Below are positions 27,013-37,099 of a DNA stretch of 64,000 bases, piece after piece (position 1 is the stretch's first letter; the number at the start of each line of letters is the position of its first letter). Below the pieces are notes generated by a model. That model saw only the letters and a list, made by a program, of their open reading frames with translations, was not told where the DNA came from and searched no databases. A program made the translations under genes and the position numbers. Source of the stretch: an uncultured Flavobacteriales bacterium (GTDB lineage Bacteria > Bacteroidota > Bacteroidia > Flavobacteriales_D > JABDKJ01); contig CAZSQZ010000005.1 of the NCBI GenBank assembly GCA_964609215.1, positions 47,655-111,654 of the forward strand. The letters run 5' to 3'.

Positions 27013-30000
27013 TCAGTTGAAAACATGAATATACCCATGATCATTCAATAAGACTTGGTCATTATTCTTTCTCACCGCCACCCAATAGTAAACTCCCTCG
27101 GAAACCATTTTTCCATTTGCATTTATACCATCCCAAACTAAAGAAGAAGAAAGGCGTCTAATTTCATTTCCCCAACGATTGTAAATAATTACTTCTCTTA
27201 CATCTGCGCCTAAAGCACCAAAATTGACATTGTCATTCTTGCCATCTCCATTTGGGCTAATGACATTAATCATTTCTTCCAAACAGAAAGTACTAGGCAG
27301 GTAAATAGAATCTTGGACAAAGCATAGATTTGCAATACCAACTTCAATCTCCCAAAACCCAACTTGATCCACCAGAACAGAGCTTCCAGACTCTCCATTA
27401 CTCCATTCATAGGAATCATAATAGGGAGCAACGGATAAACTCAATATTCCATCATTACATAGAATAGCAGCACTATCTAAGGATACTTGTGGGTATGGAA
27501 ATATCTGAACAATAGTTTCGCCAATTGCAGTGCAACCATCCAAATTTGAACCCTGAAAAGAATAGATTCCAGACATGCTTACCTCAACTGAATCTAAAAT
27601 AATAGAGGGAAGGTTAGTTTGAGAATCTACTTGAGGGCCATTCCAAACCAAATTTTCCAAGTCCATATATTCTGGATTTAAAATAAGCAGTTCTCCCTCA
27701 CATAAGAGGTTATCTGGAATACTTAAAATACTGGATTCAATTGGCGGACTAATAACCAATTCAATTGAATCTATTGGACTACTGCATTCTGTCCCTATAA
27801 TTTGTAATTGATAGAATCCCGAATACTCAATCGTTGCACTATCCAAATTTAAGTAAGGAGCATTTACAATGGAATCATTTGGCAATGTCCATATATATTG
27901 AACATCTGGATATTGATTTGAAGATAATTCAATATTAGCACCCGCACAGGTAATTGAAGTCGTTTCTATTTCTGGAATTTGTGAATAGGGAATGACAGAA
28001 ACAGAAACTTGAGCCCCTGAACTGTGACAATTCTCATTTCCACTAAATGCATAGATTAAGAGATCTTCTTGAATATTTTCAAATTGAATAGTATTACCCA
28101 ATTCGATTATTGGAACACCCGAAGCGCTAAAAGACCAAAACACTTCTTGATTTGAAATTGCGGACAAACTAACTGATTCTCCTAAACATACTTCAGTTGA
28201 TTCAACCTCTGGCGCTAAATTATCTACTTGAAAAATTTCAATAGAATCCGTTTTCGAACACCCTATTTGATTATATACAATTAACTCATACCAACCCGGT
28301 TCATTGACTTCTATTTGTTGCGAAAAAATATTGAGTGGTTGCCATTCATAAAGAAAATCACCTGTAGGCCCACTCAACAGCACAGCATCATTATCTGAAC
28401 AAAGAGTATCTTCTGAAAATTCAATTTCTACATCAATCAAAGAATCAAAAATCTCAATCGACATTTCCGTAGTAATTGAACATAAGGTGCTACTTACGTT
28501 ATAAATCCCAGGTTCAGACACGGTGATAAAGGAAGAGTTTGAATCAACAGGAGGCTGCCATTGAATTATGGCTCCTTCATTGGAATAAACCTCTAGATTA
28601 ACGCTTCCAACCAGACACAAATCGTTGAGTTCGCTAATTAAGAAAGGACTTGTATACTCAATAATTTCTACACTATTAGATGCTAATACGCAACCTTCCG
28701 CATTTTCATGAATACAATAATATGCGCCAGGTAAACTGGTATAAAAGCTTTGGGTAGTATCAATAAAATTTCCAAAGGGATCAACCCATTGGTAGGAAAT
28801 ACCTTCCTCACAACTAATCAGCACAGAATCATTAGGACAGATAATACCATTTTCAGGAAGTGACCATGCTAAAGGTGAGGGCTCGGACTGAATGGTAAAA
28901 TAAACCTTATGGACCTCTTCGCAGCCGTCACTGGAAACAGAGCTAAATTGTATCACAAAATCTCCAGTTGCATGCACCAAAATAGAATCTTCAGAAATTT
29001 CAGTAATACCCGATATTGGCGTAACTTGATAGGTATCTGCTCCTGACAATACCAATAGTGCTGTATCCTCTGGACAAAGAAAATTATCACTTAATGTATA
29101 CTGAGGGTCAAAAAAAGGACTTTGGAAAAAATCTATATAAACAGAATCAATCAGTTGCGGCCATGAATAAGTAGTATCAATACAGATATTGGATTGAACA
29201 GCGAATGGTTCTAGTGCATAATAATGCCAACCTATTTGATCTGGAATAGGCAGATCAGACCAATTGGGACTTAAGAACAATTCTGAAAAAGATGTATCCT
29301 GACCAATTATTACTTCCGCATGAGTAAACTTTTCTATGCTGGAGTATTCACATACATTTCCACCTCCTTCTAATCCAAGTCCAAATCGCTCTCCGGGACA
29401 CAAAATGATGGTATCTCCGTTAACCAGCATTGAATTATGAGTAATATTAAATACTAAAGAGTCTTGAACAATATCTAAGGTATCTCCTAAAAGAATGGGT
29501 ACAGTATTGCTTGCACTGCATCCAACGGAATCTAAAACCGAAATTGTATGAGATCCAGTACTAACTGCAACTATTGTATCATTAGTATTGCTCACACCAT
29601 TAAGGCTCCATGAAAAGCTGCAATTATCACAAATATTTCCTGCCCATAGTATTACACTATCTGCACATAATTCTATACTCTGAACATCATCTATTGCTTC
29701 AACATTAATCATCAACTCATCTGAAATAGAAGGTATTGCAGGAGGCTCGTAAAATATCACCTGAACGCTATCAATATTTTCCACATCACAACCATCTAAT
29801 CTTGAAGCTTCACATATATAAAGACCAGACTCTGCTACAATCTGCTGATTTATATCAACACCATTATTCCAAGTATAAATAAATTCAGGGCCAAATACAC
29901 CCTCAATACCACTTGGAGCTTGATGAACAATTTGAATTGGAGGACCACATGATTCGATAGTATCTTCTGGTATAAATACTGAATACTCTTGAAACTCACA

Positions 30001-31650
30001 ATCTGTATAATCTAATGCATAATAATAATATAAGAAACCCAAGCTAGGATCAATCGCATCTGCAATAAAAATGTCCCTAGAAAAATCAGAAGGACCTACC
30101 GACTTTAAGGTTTTCCAATTCCCATAATCCTGAATACCACACAAGCTGAAGTTAAAGTTGGGAGGTATATTGGGTGAGACAAAAAGGTTATCTATATCGG
30201 AAGTAGAAACGTCTAAAAAATTCTCATTAGATGGCGCATGAAAATAACCAGAATAACTTCCGGTAACCAAAGGACGATTTTCTTCTTTATATGCAATACC
30301 AAAAGCTTGATCATGCCTTGGACCTGCATAATGCCATATCCAGTTCTTTGTTCCATCTGCATCTATTCTAGCTAACCAAACATCATTAAATCCCATACTT
30401 TTAAAAAGCCCATCCCCTAATTGCATATTTGGTTCTGTAAATTTACAGCGGAAGGTTCCTGTAATATAAGATTCATCCATAGCCCCAATAACTAATGATG
30501 ATCCTGCGAGTAGATTTTCGCTTCCATAACTACTAATATTGAAAAAGTTACCCTCTTGATCAATATCTAAAATAAAAGTGTTGAACTGATATTGAGAATC
30601 TAAAACGATATTGGATGTTCCCACAGAAAGGCTTCCCGTTAAATCACCTAATATTCGAGGTTCATGAGTGTTTGATAATTGAATATCCCTTGGTAAGACC
30701 GAACCTCCCAGTAGGGGAAGCAACCACGTCTCATTCCCACTCCCATTAAATTTTAAAATCGCACCAACATTCAAAGCTTGATTCTCAAAAGTGGAATTAA
30801 AGGTCACCGTATCGCTTATTTGAGCAGCTAAGTAAATTTCACTTGGATTTTCACAAGCTACTGCGGTACCTGAAATATCATTATCACTTGAACCTTGAAT
30901 TGTCCATAAGAAGTTTCCGTTAGAATCCAGTTTTGATAAAAAAACATCAAAACTGAAATTGCTACTGTTATAGTAGGGTGTGCTCACAAGATTGGTCGAA
31001 CCAAAATTTGCCGAGCCCTTAAATTGACCCGTGATATATATATTGCCATTTTCATCAACGTCAATATCTTCTGGAATTTCTGTGTAATCTCCTCCACATT
31101 CTCTCGACCAAAGAATATTACCTTGAGCATTCAGTCTAGTAACAAAAATTTGAATGGAATCCTGAACAGTAGTAAAATTATCTGCACCCAAACTAATTTC
31201 GGAAGTATAATAACCTAAAGCTACAAGGCCACCCGAAGGAAATGGACTTAGGGAAACAATTCTGTCCGACTGACTTCCTCCAAAAGATTGGGCCCATTGC
31301 GTTTCACCTATTTCATTAATAGACTGAATAAAAGCATCCGTTGATCCATTTCCTGAAATATTAAAATCGTCAAAAATGCCGTTCGCACTAAAATAACCAC
31401 CAACGTAAAACCCGTTGCTTTGATTTTCGCATATATCTAATGCTTCATCTTGAAATACTCCACCATAAGATTTTAACCAATTGCCTTGACTATTTAAATA
31501 AAACGAATTAAAAAATAATGCGAATAGAAAGAGTAATCTAATATGGTCAGATAGTTTCACGTTTCTTGAATCTATTGAAATCGCGTTAGAATAAAAAGAT
31601 TTTAATAGGATTAAATGGTATGTTATTGAAATCTTAGAAATAGATTTCAA
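27013..31650 (-). CDS. Giant (about 1500 aa) T9SS type-B cargo: N-terminal SBBP-like beta-propeller repeats, many Ig-like domains, gliding-motility-associated C-terminal domain
   Basis: C-terminus INVISPNGDGKNDNVNFG...IIYNRWGNEI...WDGINANGKMVSEGVYYW matches the CHU_C/type-B sorting domain. N-terminal GG..xD...I..D..GN.Y..G repeats. The track start is TTG 31650. GTG 31560 (VKLSDHIRLLFLFALFFNSFYLNSQ) is the more likely start. Confidence 0.8.
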   Translation of the reverse strand: MKSISKISITYHLILLKSFYSNAISIDSRNVKLSDHIRLLFLFALFFNSFYLNSQGNWLKSYGGVFQDEALDICENQSNGFYVGGYFSANGIFDDFNISGNGSTDAFIQSINEIGETQWAQSFGGSQSDRIVSLSPFPSGGLVALGYYTSEISLGADNFTTVQDSIQIFVTRLNAQGNILWSRECGGDYTEIPEDIDVDENGNIYITGQFKGSANFGSTNLVSTPYYNSSNFSFDVFLSKLDSNGNFLWTIQGSSDNDISGTAVACENPSEIYLAAQISDTVTFNSTFENQALNVGAILKFNGSGNETWLLPLLGGSVLPRDIQLSNTHEPRILGDLTGSLSVGTSNIVLDSQYQFNTFILDIDQEGNFFNISSYGSENLLAGSSLVIGAMDESYITGTFRCKFTEPNMQLGDGLFKSMGFNDVWLARIDADGTKNWIWHYAGPRHDQAFGIAYKEENRPLVTGSYSGYFHAPSNENFLDVSTSDIDNLFVSPNIPPNFNFSLCGIQDYGNWKTLKSVGPSDFSRDIFIADAIDPSLGFLYYYYALDYTDCEFQEYSVFIPEDTIESCGPPIQIVHQAPSGIEGVFGPEFIYTWNNGVDINQQIVAESGLYICEASRLDGCDVENIDSVQVIFYEPPAIPSISDELMINVEAIDDVQSIELCADSVILWAGNICDNCSFSWSLNGVSNTNDTIVAVSTGSHTISVLDSVGCSASNTVPILLGDTLDIVQDSLVFNITHNSMLVNGDTIILCPGERFGLGLEGGGNVCEYSSIEKFTHAEVIIGQDTSFSELFLSPNWSDLPIPDQIGWHYYALEPFAVQSNICIDTTYSWPQLIDSVYIDFFQSPFFDPQYTLSDNFLCPEDTALLVLSGADTYQVTPISGITEISEDSILVHATGDFVIQFSSVSSDGCEEVHKVYFTIQSEPSPLAWSLPENGIICPNDSVLISCEEGISYQWVDPFGNFIDTTQSFYTSLPGAYYCIHENAEGCVLASNSVEIIEYTSPFLISELNDLCLVGSVNLEVYSNEGAIIQWQPPVDSNSSFITVSEPGIYNVSSTLCSITTEMSIEIFDSLIDVEIEFSEDTLCSDNDAVLLSGPTGDFLYEWQPLNIFSQQIEVNEPGWYELIVYNQIGCSKTDSIEIFQVDNLAPEVESTEVCLGESVSLSAISNQEVFWSFSASGVPIIELGNTIQFENIQEDLLIYAFSGNENCHSSGAQVSVSVIPYSQIPEIETTSITCAGANIELSSNQYPDVQYIWTLPNDSIVNAPYLNLDSATIEYSGFYQLQIIGTECSSPIDSIELVISPPIESSILSIPDNLLCEGELLILNPEYMDLENLVWNGPQVDSQTNLPSIILDSVEVSMSGIYSFQGSNLDGCTAIGETIVQIFPYPQVSLDSAAILCNDGILSLSVAPYYDSYEWSNGESGSSVLVDQVGFWEIEVGIANLCFVQDSIYLPSTFCLEEMINVISPNGDGKNDNVNFGALGADVREVIIYNRWGNEIRRLSSSLVWDGINANGKMVSEGVYYWVAVRKNNDQVLLNDHGYIHVFN

Positions 31651-31745
31651 TGGAGTAGAATTAGTTTCTATTGAAACTTTTCAAAACCCTCGGAAAAAAG
31701 GGAAGGCTACACTAAGAGATCCATTTCAATTTAGTATAAACAAGA

Positions 31746-31780
31746 TCATTAATTCATTCCAAAATCGAATGAATTAATGA
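31746..31780. promoter_or_regulatory. Perfect 13-bp inverted repeat (tcattaattcatt-N9-aatgaattaatga), 28 nt upstream of the DinB-family gene
   Basis: Direct reading: 31746-31758 is the exact reverse complement of 31768-31780. The function (operator or RNA hairpin) is unknown. Confidence 0.5.
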
Positions 31781-31808
31781 TAAATTTAAGCCATCAAACA
31801 AATGAGAA

Positions 31809-32360
31809 ATGCAGGAAGAAATCATTGATCTTAAAACATTAGAATTTCCAATAGGAAAGTTCACTGCACCTTCCGAAATTTCTGAAAAGCATATTCAATC
31901 CTGGATAGCGACTATCAAAGATTTTCCCTCAAGATTAAATACGCTTTGCAATCCTTTAAGTAAAGAACAATTAAATTGGAAATACAGACCCAATGGCTGG
32001 AATATTCAGCAGGTGGTTCATCATTGTGCAGACAGCCACATGAATGGAATCATTAGAACCAAGCTAGCACTAACAGAAGATAATCCCACCATAAAACCCT
32101 ACCCTGAACATCTTTGGGCTGAACTTGAAGACTATCAGGTGAATATGGAAATGAGCCTGCAAATAATTCAAAGTGTTCATTTCAAATGGTCTTTGTTATT
32201 TGAAAGTATTTCCAGCCAGCAATTGGAAAGAAGCTACTTTCATCCAGAGGATCAGCACAGCTATTCCATTGCCCAACAATGTGGTTTATTTGCCTGGCAC
32301 TGTAATCATCATTTTGCACATATTGAGCAGGCTTTAAATGCTCAGGGAAAATTCAATTAA
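31809..32360 (+). CDS. DinB/YfiT-family metal-dependent protein (DinB_2)
   Basis: His triad context: VVHHCADSHMN ... HCNHHFAHI, about 180 aa, four-helix-bundle family pattern. Confidence 0.75.
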   Translation: MQEEIIDLKTLEFPIGKFTAPSEISEKHIQSWIATIKDFPSRLNTLCNPLSKEQLNWKYRPNGWNIQQVVHHCADSHMNGIIRTKLALTEDNPTIKPYPEHLWAELEDYQVNMEMSLQIIQSVHFKWSLLFESISSQQLERSYFHPEDQHSYSIAQQCGLFAWHCNHHFAHIEQALNAQGKFN

Positions 32361-32369
32361 AAATAATTT

Positions 32370-33797
32370 ATGCAGAACAGCATTCAAGTTAAGGACACTC
32401 CCATTTCTGAAATCCAAAGAATTTTTGAGCTTCAAAAAGCCAATCAATGGGAAGTAGCAAGGTCAAGTGTAAAAGAACGAAGAGCTAAATTGGAAAAGCT
32501 TAAAAAGTGCATTCTAAAATATAGGGATGAAATCAGATTGGCTTCTAAACAAGATCAAGCTAAACCGCATATAGAAACAGACATTACAGAGGTTTATCAA
32601 ATCACTTCAGAAATCAATCATGCCAGAAGAGAGCTTTCAGAATGGATGAAAAAGCACAGTGTAAAAACTCCACTTTCACTTTTTGGTGCAAGCTCTCATT
32701 TTCAATATGAACCCAAAGGTTGCACCTTAATTATTAGTCCCTGGAACTTTCCATTTAATCTCAGCTTTTGTCCAATGGTCTCAGCGATTGCAGCAGGTAA
32801 TACGGCCATTGTAAAACCTTCTGAGAACACTCCTCACGCATCTCAATTGATCAAAAAAATAGTCGAAGAAATATTTGATGAAAAGGAAGTGGCGGTTGTT
32901 GAAGGTGGAAAGGATAGCTCTACTGCTTTATTGAATCTACCTTTTAATCATATCTTCTTTACTGGCTCATCTAAAGTGGGAAAGATAGTGATGAAAGCAG
33001 CTGCCGAACATCTAGCTTCCGTAACCTTAGAACTTGGAGGTAAATCTCCAACCATTGTTGATGAAACTGCCAATTTAAATAATGCAGCAAAGAGAATTGT
33101 CTGGGGAAAATTCTTGAATAATGGGCAAATATGCATTGCTTCGGACCATGTTTTCGTTCATGAAAAAGTAAAGGATAAATTCATTGAAAAACTGAAATTC
33201 TACATTGAAAAATTCTATTCAACTGAAGAGGAAAATTCTGAATCATACGGTCGAATTGTTAATGAAAATCATTATGATAGAGTAAGCTCTTATATAAAGG
33301 ATGCTGATAGGCAGAATGGAAAAATAATATATGGTGGCAGCGTCAATGCTCAAAGCAATTATATACAACCCACCATTATTGAAGGCTTATCTGAAGAAGC
33401 GGAATTAATGAAAGAAGAAATTTTTGGTCCCATCCTTCCGATAATTCCATTCGACAATATTGAAAAAGTCATTCAAGAGATTAATGCAAAGGAAAAACCT
33501 TTGGCGCTCTATATCTATAGTGATAAAAGTTCCAACTGCGATTACATCATTCAAAACACTAGAGCCGGAGGGACTGTAATCAATAATGGAAACATTCAGT
33601 TTAGCAATGGCAATTTACCCTTTGGTGGAGTGAATAATAGCGGAATTGGAAAAAGCCATGGCTTCTTTGGCTTTGCTGAATTCTCAAATGCCAGAGCAGT
33701 TATGAAGCAACACGTTGCTGGCTTACAGGAAATGATTTTTCCACCCTACAATTCATTCAAGCAAAAACTGGTTGATTTTACCATAAAATGGCTTTAA
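32370..33797 (+). CDS. Aldehyde dehydrogenase (NAD(P)+), class-3-like
   Basis: LELGGKSP, catalytic-Cys context NNGQICIASDH, EEIFGPILPI, and FGGVNNSGIGKSHG. Confidence 0.9.
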   Translation: MQNSIQVKDTPISEIQRIFELQKANQWEVARSSVKERRAKLEKLKKCILKYRDEIRLASKQDQAKPHIETDITEVYQITSEINHARRELSEWMKKHSVKTPLSLFGASSHFQYEPKGCTLIISPWNFPFNLSFCPMVSAIAAGNTAIVKPSENTPHASQLIKKIVEEIFDEKEVAVVEGGKDSSTALLNLPFNHIFFTGSSKVGKIVMKAAAEHLASVTLELGGKSPTIVDETANLNNAAKRIVWGKFLNNGQICIASDHVFVHEKVKDKFIEKLKFYIEKFYSTEEENSESYGRIVNENHYDRVSSYIKDADRQNGKIIYGGSVNAQSNYIQPTIIEGLSEEAELMKEEIFGPILPIIPFDNIEKVIQEINAKEKPLALYIYSDKSSNCDYIIQNTRAGGTVINNGNIQFSNGNLPFGGVNNSGIGKSHGFFGFAEFSNARAVMKQHVAGLQEMIFPPYNSFKQKLVDFTIKWL

Positions 33798-33805
33798 GTT
33801 GAATC

Positions 33806-34333
33806 ATGTCCAAAGAATATGCACTAGAAACGGAACGATTAATTATTCGCTCAACCCAACTGGATGACGCAGATATTATTCTCGCCAATCTAAACACACC
33901 CAAATTTTTACAGTTTGTAGGCGATAGAAAAGTACGCACGTTAGAGGCTGCAGAAAAGTATATTGAAGAGAGAATACTACCACAACAGAAGAGACTTGGA
34001 TACTCGAATTTTATTATCATTAGAAAGGAAGATAAAGCTAAACTAGGAGTTGTCGGATTATACGATAGAGAAGGTTTGGAAGGACTTGATATTGGCTTTG
34101 GTTTATTGCCAGAAAACGAAGGCAAAGGTTATGCATATGAAGCTGCAAATTGTTTGATGAATTGGGCAAAAAAGGAAATGAATATTAAGAAGATTAAAGG
34201 AATTACGGTAGAAGAGAATTTAGCTTCAAGAAAATTGCTGGAAAAATTAGGGCTCATGTTCATAAAGAAATTTTACCTGAAAGGAGATCCAGATGAGTTA
34301 ATGTTGTTTGAATGGAAAGCCAATGAAGGGTAA
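33806..34333 (+). CDS. GNAT-family N-acetyltransferase (RimJ/RimL-like)
   Basis: ETERLIIRS..., GFGLLPENEGKGYAYEAANCLMNWA, and NLASRKLLEKLGM, which is the typical Acetyltransf_3 pattern. Confidence 0.8.
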   Translation: MSKEYALETERLIIRSTQLDDADIILANLNTPKFLQFVGDRKVRTLEAAEKYIEERILPQQKRLGYSNFIIIRKEDKAKLGVVGLYDREGLEGLDIGFGLLPENEGKGYAYEAANCLMNWAKKEMNIKKIKGITVEENLASRKLLEKLGLMFIKKFYLKGDPDELMLFEWKANEG

Positions 34334-34410
34334 TATTTAAGAAAAGAAAGTAAGTGTCAATTTAACACTTTTAATGTTTCTTTTTGTAAGTTTGAAAATA
34401 AACGTAAAAA

Positions 34411-35697
34411 ATGAAAGTCCTTTTCTCATTCCTTTTCACAATTGCATTTACTTGCTACAACACTCAATCTTTACCTATAAACTTTGAAGGAGATATCGCA
34501 ACTTCAGACTTTGTAGATTTCGATGGTGGAACAGCTTCAGTTATCGCCAACCCTCAAAGCGGGGGAATAAACACCAGCCCAACAGTTGCTCAAATTGTTA
34601 GAAATGGAGGTGAAATTTGGGCAGGAAGTAAAATTATTCTCTCTGGAAATTTAGATTTCTCCACTCTTAATTCCATTAGGGTGAAAGTCTTTACTACCGC
34701 TCCAATAGGAACAACGGTTAAATTTAAATTGGAAGGAAATGGTCAAACAGAAAGAGATGTGCAAACTACAGTGAGCAATGAATGGGAAGAACTAAGCTGG
34801 GACTTTACTGGAGAACCTATGGATTTCAATGAAATCGTTTTTATGTTCGACTTTGGCAATATTGGAGATGGCTCCATTAATTCAACTTTTCTTTTTGATG
34901 ATATCACTCAAGAATTTGGCGGCCAGCAAATTGACTTACCCGTAGATTTTGAAGGTGATATTATTAATTACACAACAACTGATTTTGGAGGTAATGTTTC
35001 AACTAGAATAACGGATCCAACAGATCCATCCAATACGGTCATACAAGCAGTGAAAACCCTTGGTGCGGCAACATGGGCAGGAACGACCATTGGCACTCCA
35101 GCGGGATTTGCAACTGATATCCCATTGACTTTAACAGATTCTAAAATGGCGGTTAGAGTCTGGTCCCCTACCGCTGGAACTCCCATTCGCCTTAAGGTGG
35201 AAGATTCTGATGATCCTACGCATACCTGTGAAACGGAAACGAATACTACAGTTGCTGGTCAGTGGGAAACCTTAATCTTCGATTTCACCAATGAAGCTCC
35301 AGGCACAGCATCTTTAGATTTTGGTTTGTCCATGGGTTGGAACTATAACATGGCTTCCATCTTCTTTAATTTTGATACAGATGGAGCAACAGCAGGTGAA
35401 CAAACCTACTTTTTTGATGATGTTTACTTTGGCACAGGAGTAAGTAGCTTGGAAGAGTTTTCCGCTTCTGAATTAAGCATTTTCCCTAACCCAAGCAATG
35501 GGATATGGCAATTGCACACAGAGAATACTCCCATTACCCATGTTGAATTGTACAATGTAAATGGTGAACTGATAATGACTTTAAACCCCAACAAAAGGGT
35601 TATTGAAATAGATGGTGCTGCTTTGAACAAGGGAATTTATTTCATTTACATTTCGTCTGAAAATAAACGTTCTGTTCGGAAGGTGGTTAGGTTGTAA
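34411..35697 (+). CDS. T9SS type-A cargo with two tandem carbohydrate-binding-like beta-sandwich domains
   Basis: Signal peptide. Internal duplication (LPINFEGDIATSDFVDFDGGTASVIANP... / LPVDFEGDIINYTTTDFGGNVSTRITDP...). C-terminus LSIFPNPSNGIWQL...GIYFIYI...VVRL. Confidence 0.7.
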   Translation: MKVLFSFLFTIAFTCYNTQSLPINFEGDIATSDFVDFDGGTASVIANPQSGGINTSPTVAQIVRNGGEIWAGSKIILSGNLDFSTLNSIRVKVFTTAPIGTTVKFKLEGNGQTERDVQTTVSNEWEELSWDFTGEPMDFNEIVFMFDFGNIGDGSINSTFLFDDITQEFGGQQIDLPVDFEGDIINYTTTDFGGNVSTRITDPTDPSNTVIQAVKTLGAATWAGTTIGTPAGFATDIPLTLTDSKMAVRVWSPTAGTPIRLKVEDSDDPTHTCETETNTTVAGQWETLIFDFTNEAPGTASLDFGLSMGWNYNMASIFFNFDTDGATAGEQTYFFDDVYFGTGVSSLEEFSASELSIFPNPSNGIWQLHTENTPITHVELYNVNGELIMTLNPNKRVIEIDGAALNKGIYFIYISSENKRSVRKVVRL

Positions 35698-36125
35698 AGT
35701 GATAAAAATGATTCTACAAAACGTTCATTAACTTTTGGACAAATCAGATTTAAATTCTGTTAATTATCAAATATTACAATTTTATTTTGGAGATAAATTC
35801 TTCGTACCTTGTTCAATGAACAATTGAACCATAAATGCAAATTCGGGAAAAAATATCCATAGAAAATTTTGGAGATAAAAAGTTTAAAATCAGAATTTTA
35901 GAATCAGGTAAGGATACAGAAGCTCGATTTACACAATTGTGAAAATATGGAACTACAAATGCTGTTGTTTGTGGAGGTATGTAATGAGAACGAAATTTGG
36001 TTTATGATGATAGACTTATTTATTCGGATTTTTTCCTATCGGGTCGAACTTTCCGTTCCAATCTTTTTGCTCGTACCGTTTAAAAAGGGTTTCCCCTTCA
36101 ACCCTAACGCAAAAATAGCTATATA

Positions 36126-36332
36126 ATGGAACATAAGTTAAAAAATATAACCCGAGAAGATTTTATGAATTTCTTTCGTGATAATGAAAAGTTGAGTACT
36201 CTTTCATCTGATGATAGAATTGAAATATTTTCACAAATACTTTCTGGCGGTTCAGATATTACAGAAGACCTTTTGAACGAATTAATCTGTGATTATCAAG
36301 TCCATAATCTAAAAGTAAGCCAAATCAAATAA
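36126..36332 (+). CDS. Small acidic hypothetical protein (68 aa), translationally coupled to the HNH gene
   Basis: An ATG-initiated ORF. Its TAA (36330-36332) overlaps the ATG (36332-36334) of the next gene by 1 nt. No recognised motif. Confidence 0.4.
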   Translation: MEHKLKNITREDFMNFFRDNEKLSTLSSDDRIEIFSQILSGGSDITEDLLNELICDYQVHNLKVSQIK

Positions 36333-37099
36333 TGGCAAAGTCAAATAATTGGACAAGAGAACAAACAATTGTAGCATTTAATGTTTACTGTAAAATTCCA
36401 TTTAAAAATAGTAGTAAAACACATCCTACGATAATAAAATATGCTAATATCATAGGTCGTTCTCCATCCGCTTTGAATATGAAAGTTGGTAATTTCGGTA
36501 GACTAGACCCTGTACTACAAAAAAGAGGCATAACAGGTCTTGCAAATGGCAGTAAGTTAGAAGAGGTTATATGGGATGAGTTTCATAATAATTGGGATAG
36601 TTTGGCTTATGAAAGTGAAAAATTAATTTCACAATTTCAGAATAAAACTATAATTGAAACCAATGAAATTGATTTAAGTGAATTTCCAGAAGGAAAAGAT
36701 GCAGAGCGACTTGTAAAAACTAGAGTTAATCAAAAATTTTTTCGTTCTTCTGTTTTATCTTCATATTACCAAAAATGCTGTATTACTGGTATTGAAATTT
36801 CGGATTTTTTGGTTGCAAGTCATATTATTCCTTGGAGAATAAACAAAGTTGAAAGAATGAATCCGAGAAATGGTTTGTGTTTAAATTCAATTCACGACTA
36901 AGCTTTTGATAAAGGATTTTTGACTATTACTGCTGACTATGAAGTTAAAATTTCTGATGCAATTTTTGAACACAAAGAAAATGAATCAATCCAAGATTTT
37001 TTTCTAAAATATAATAAACAAAAAATATCTCTTCCCGATAAATTCTTGCCATCGCAAGAGTTCCTTAAATATCATTCTGACAATATCTTTCGCAGGTAA
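36332..37099 (+). pseudogene. HNH endonuclease (HNH_2 / COG3183-like putative restriction endonuclease) interrupted by a single in-frame TAA
   Basis: SHIIPW...NPRNGLCLNSIHD-TAA(36899-36901)-AFDKGFLTITADYEVKIS... The same frame stays open for 65 more codons to TAA 37097-37099. The stop falls inside the conserved H-x-x-FD(K/R)G block of the beta-beta-alpha-Me finger. Confidence 0.75.
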
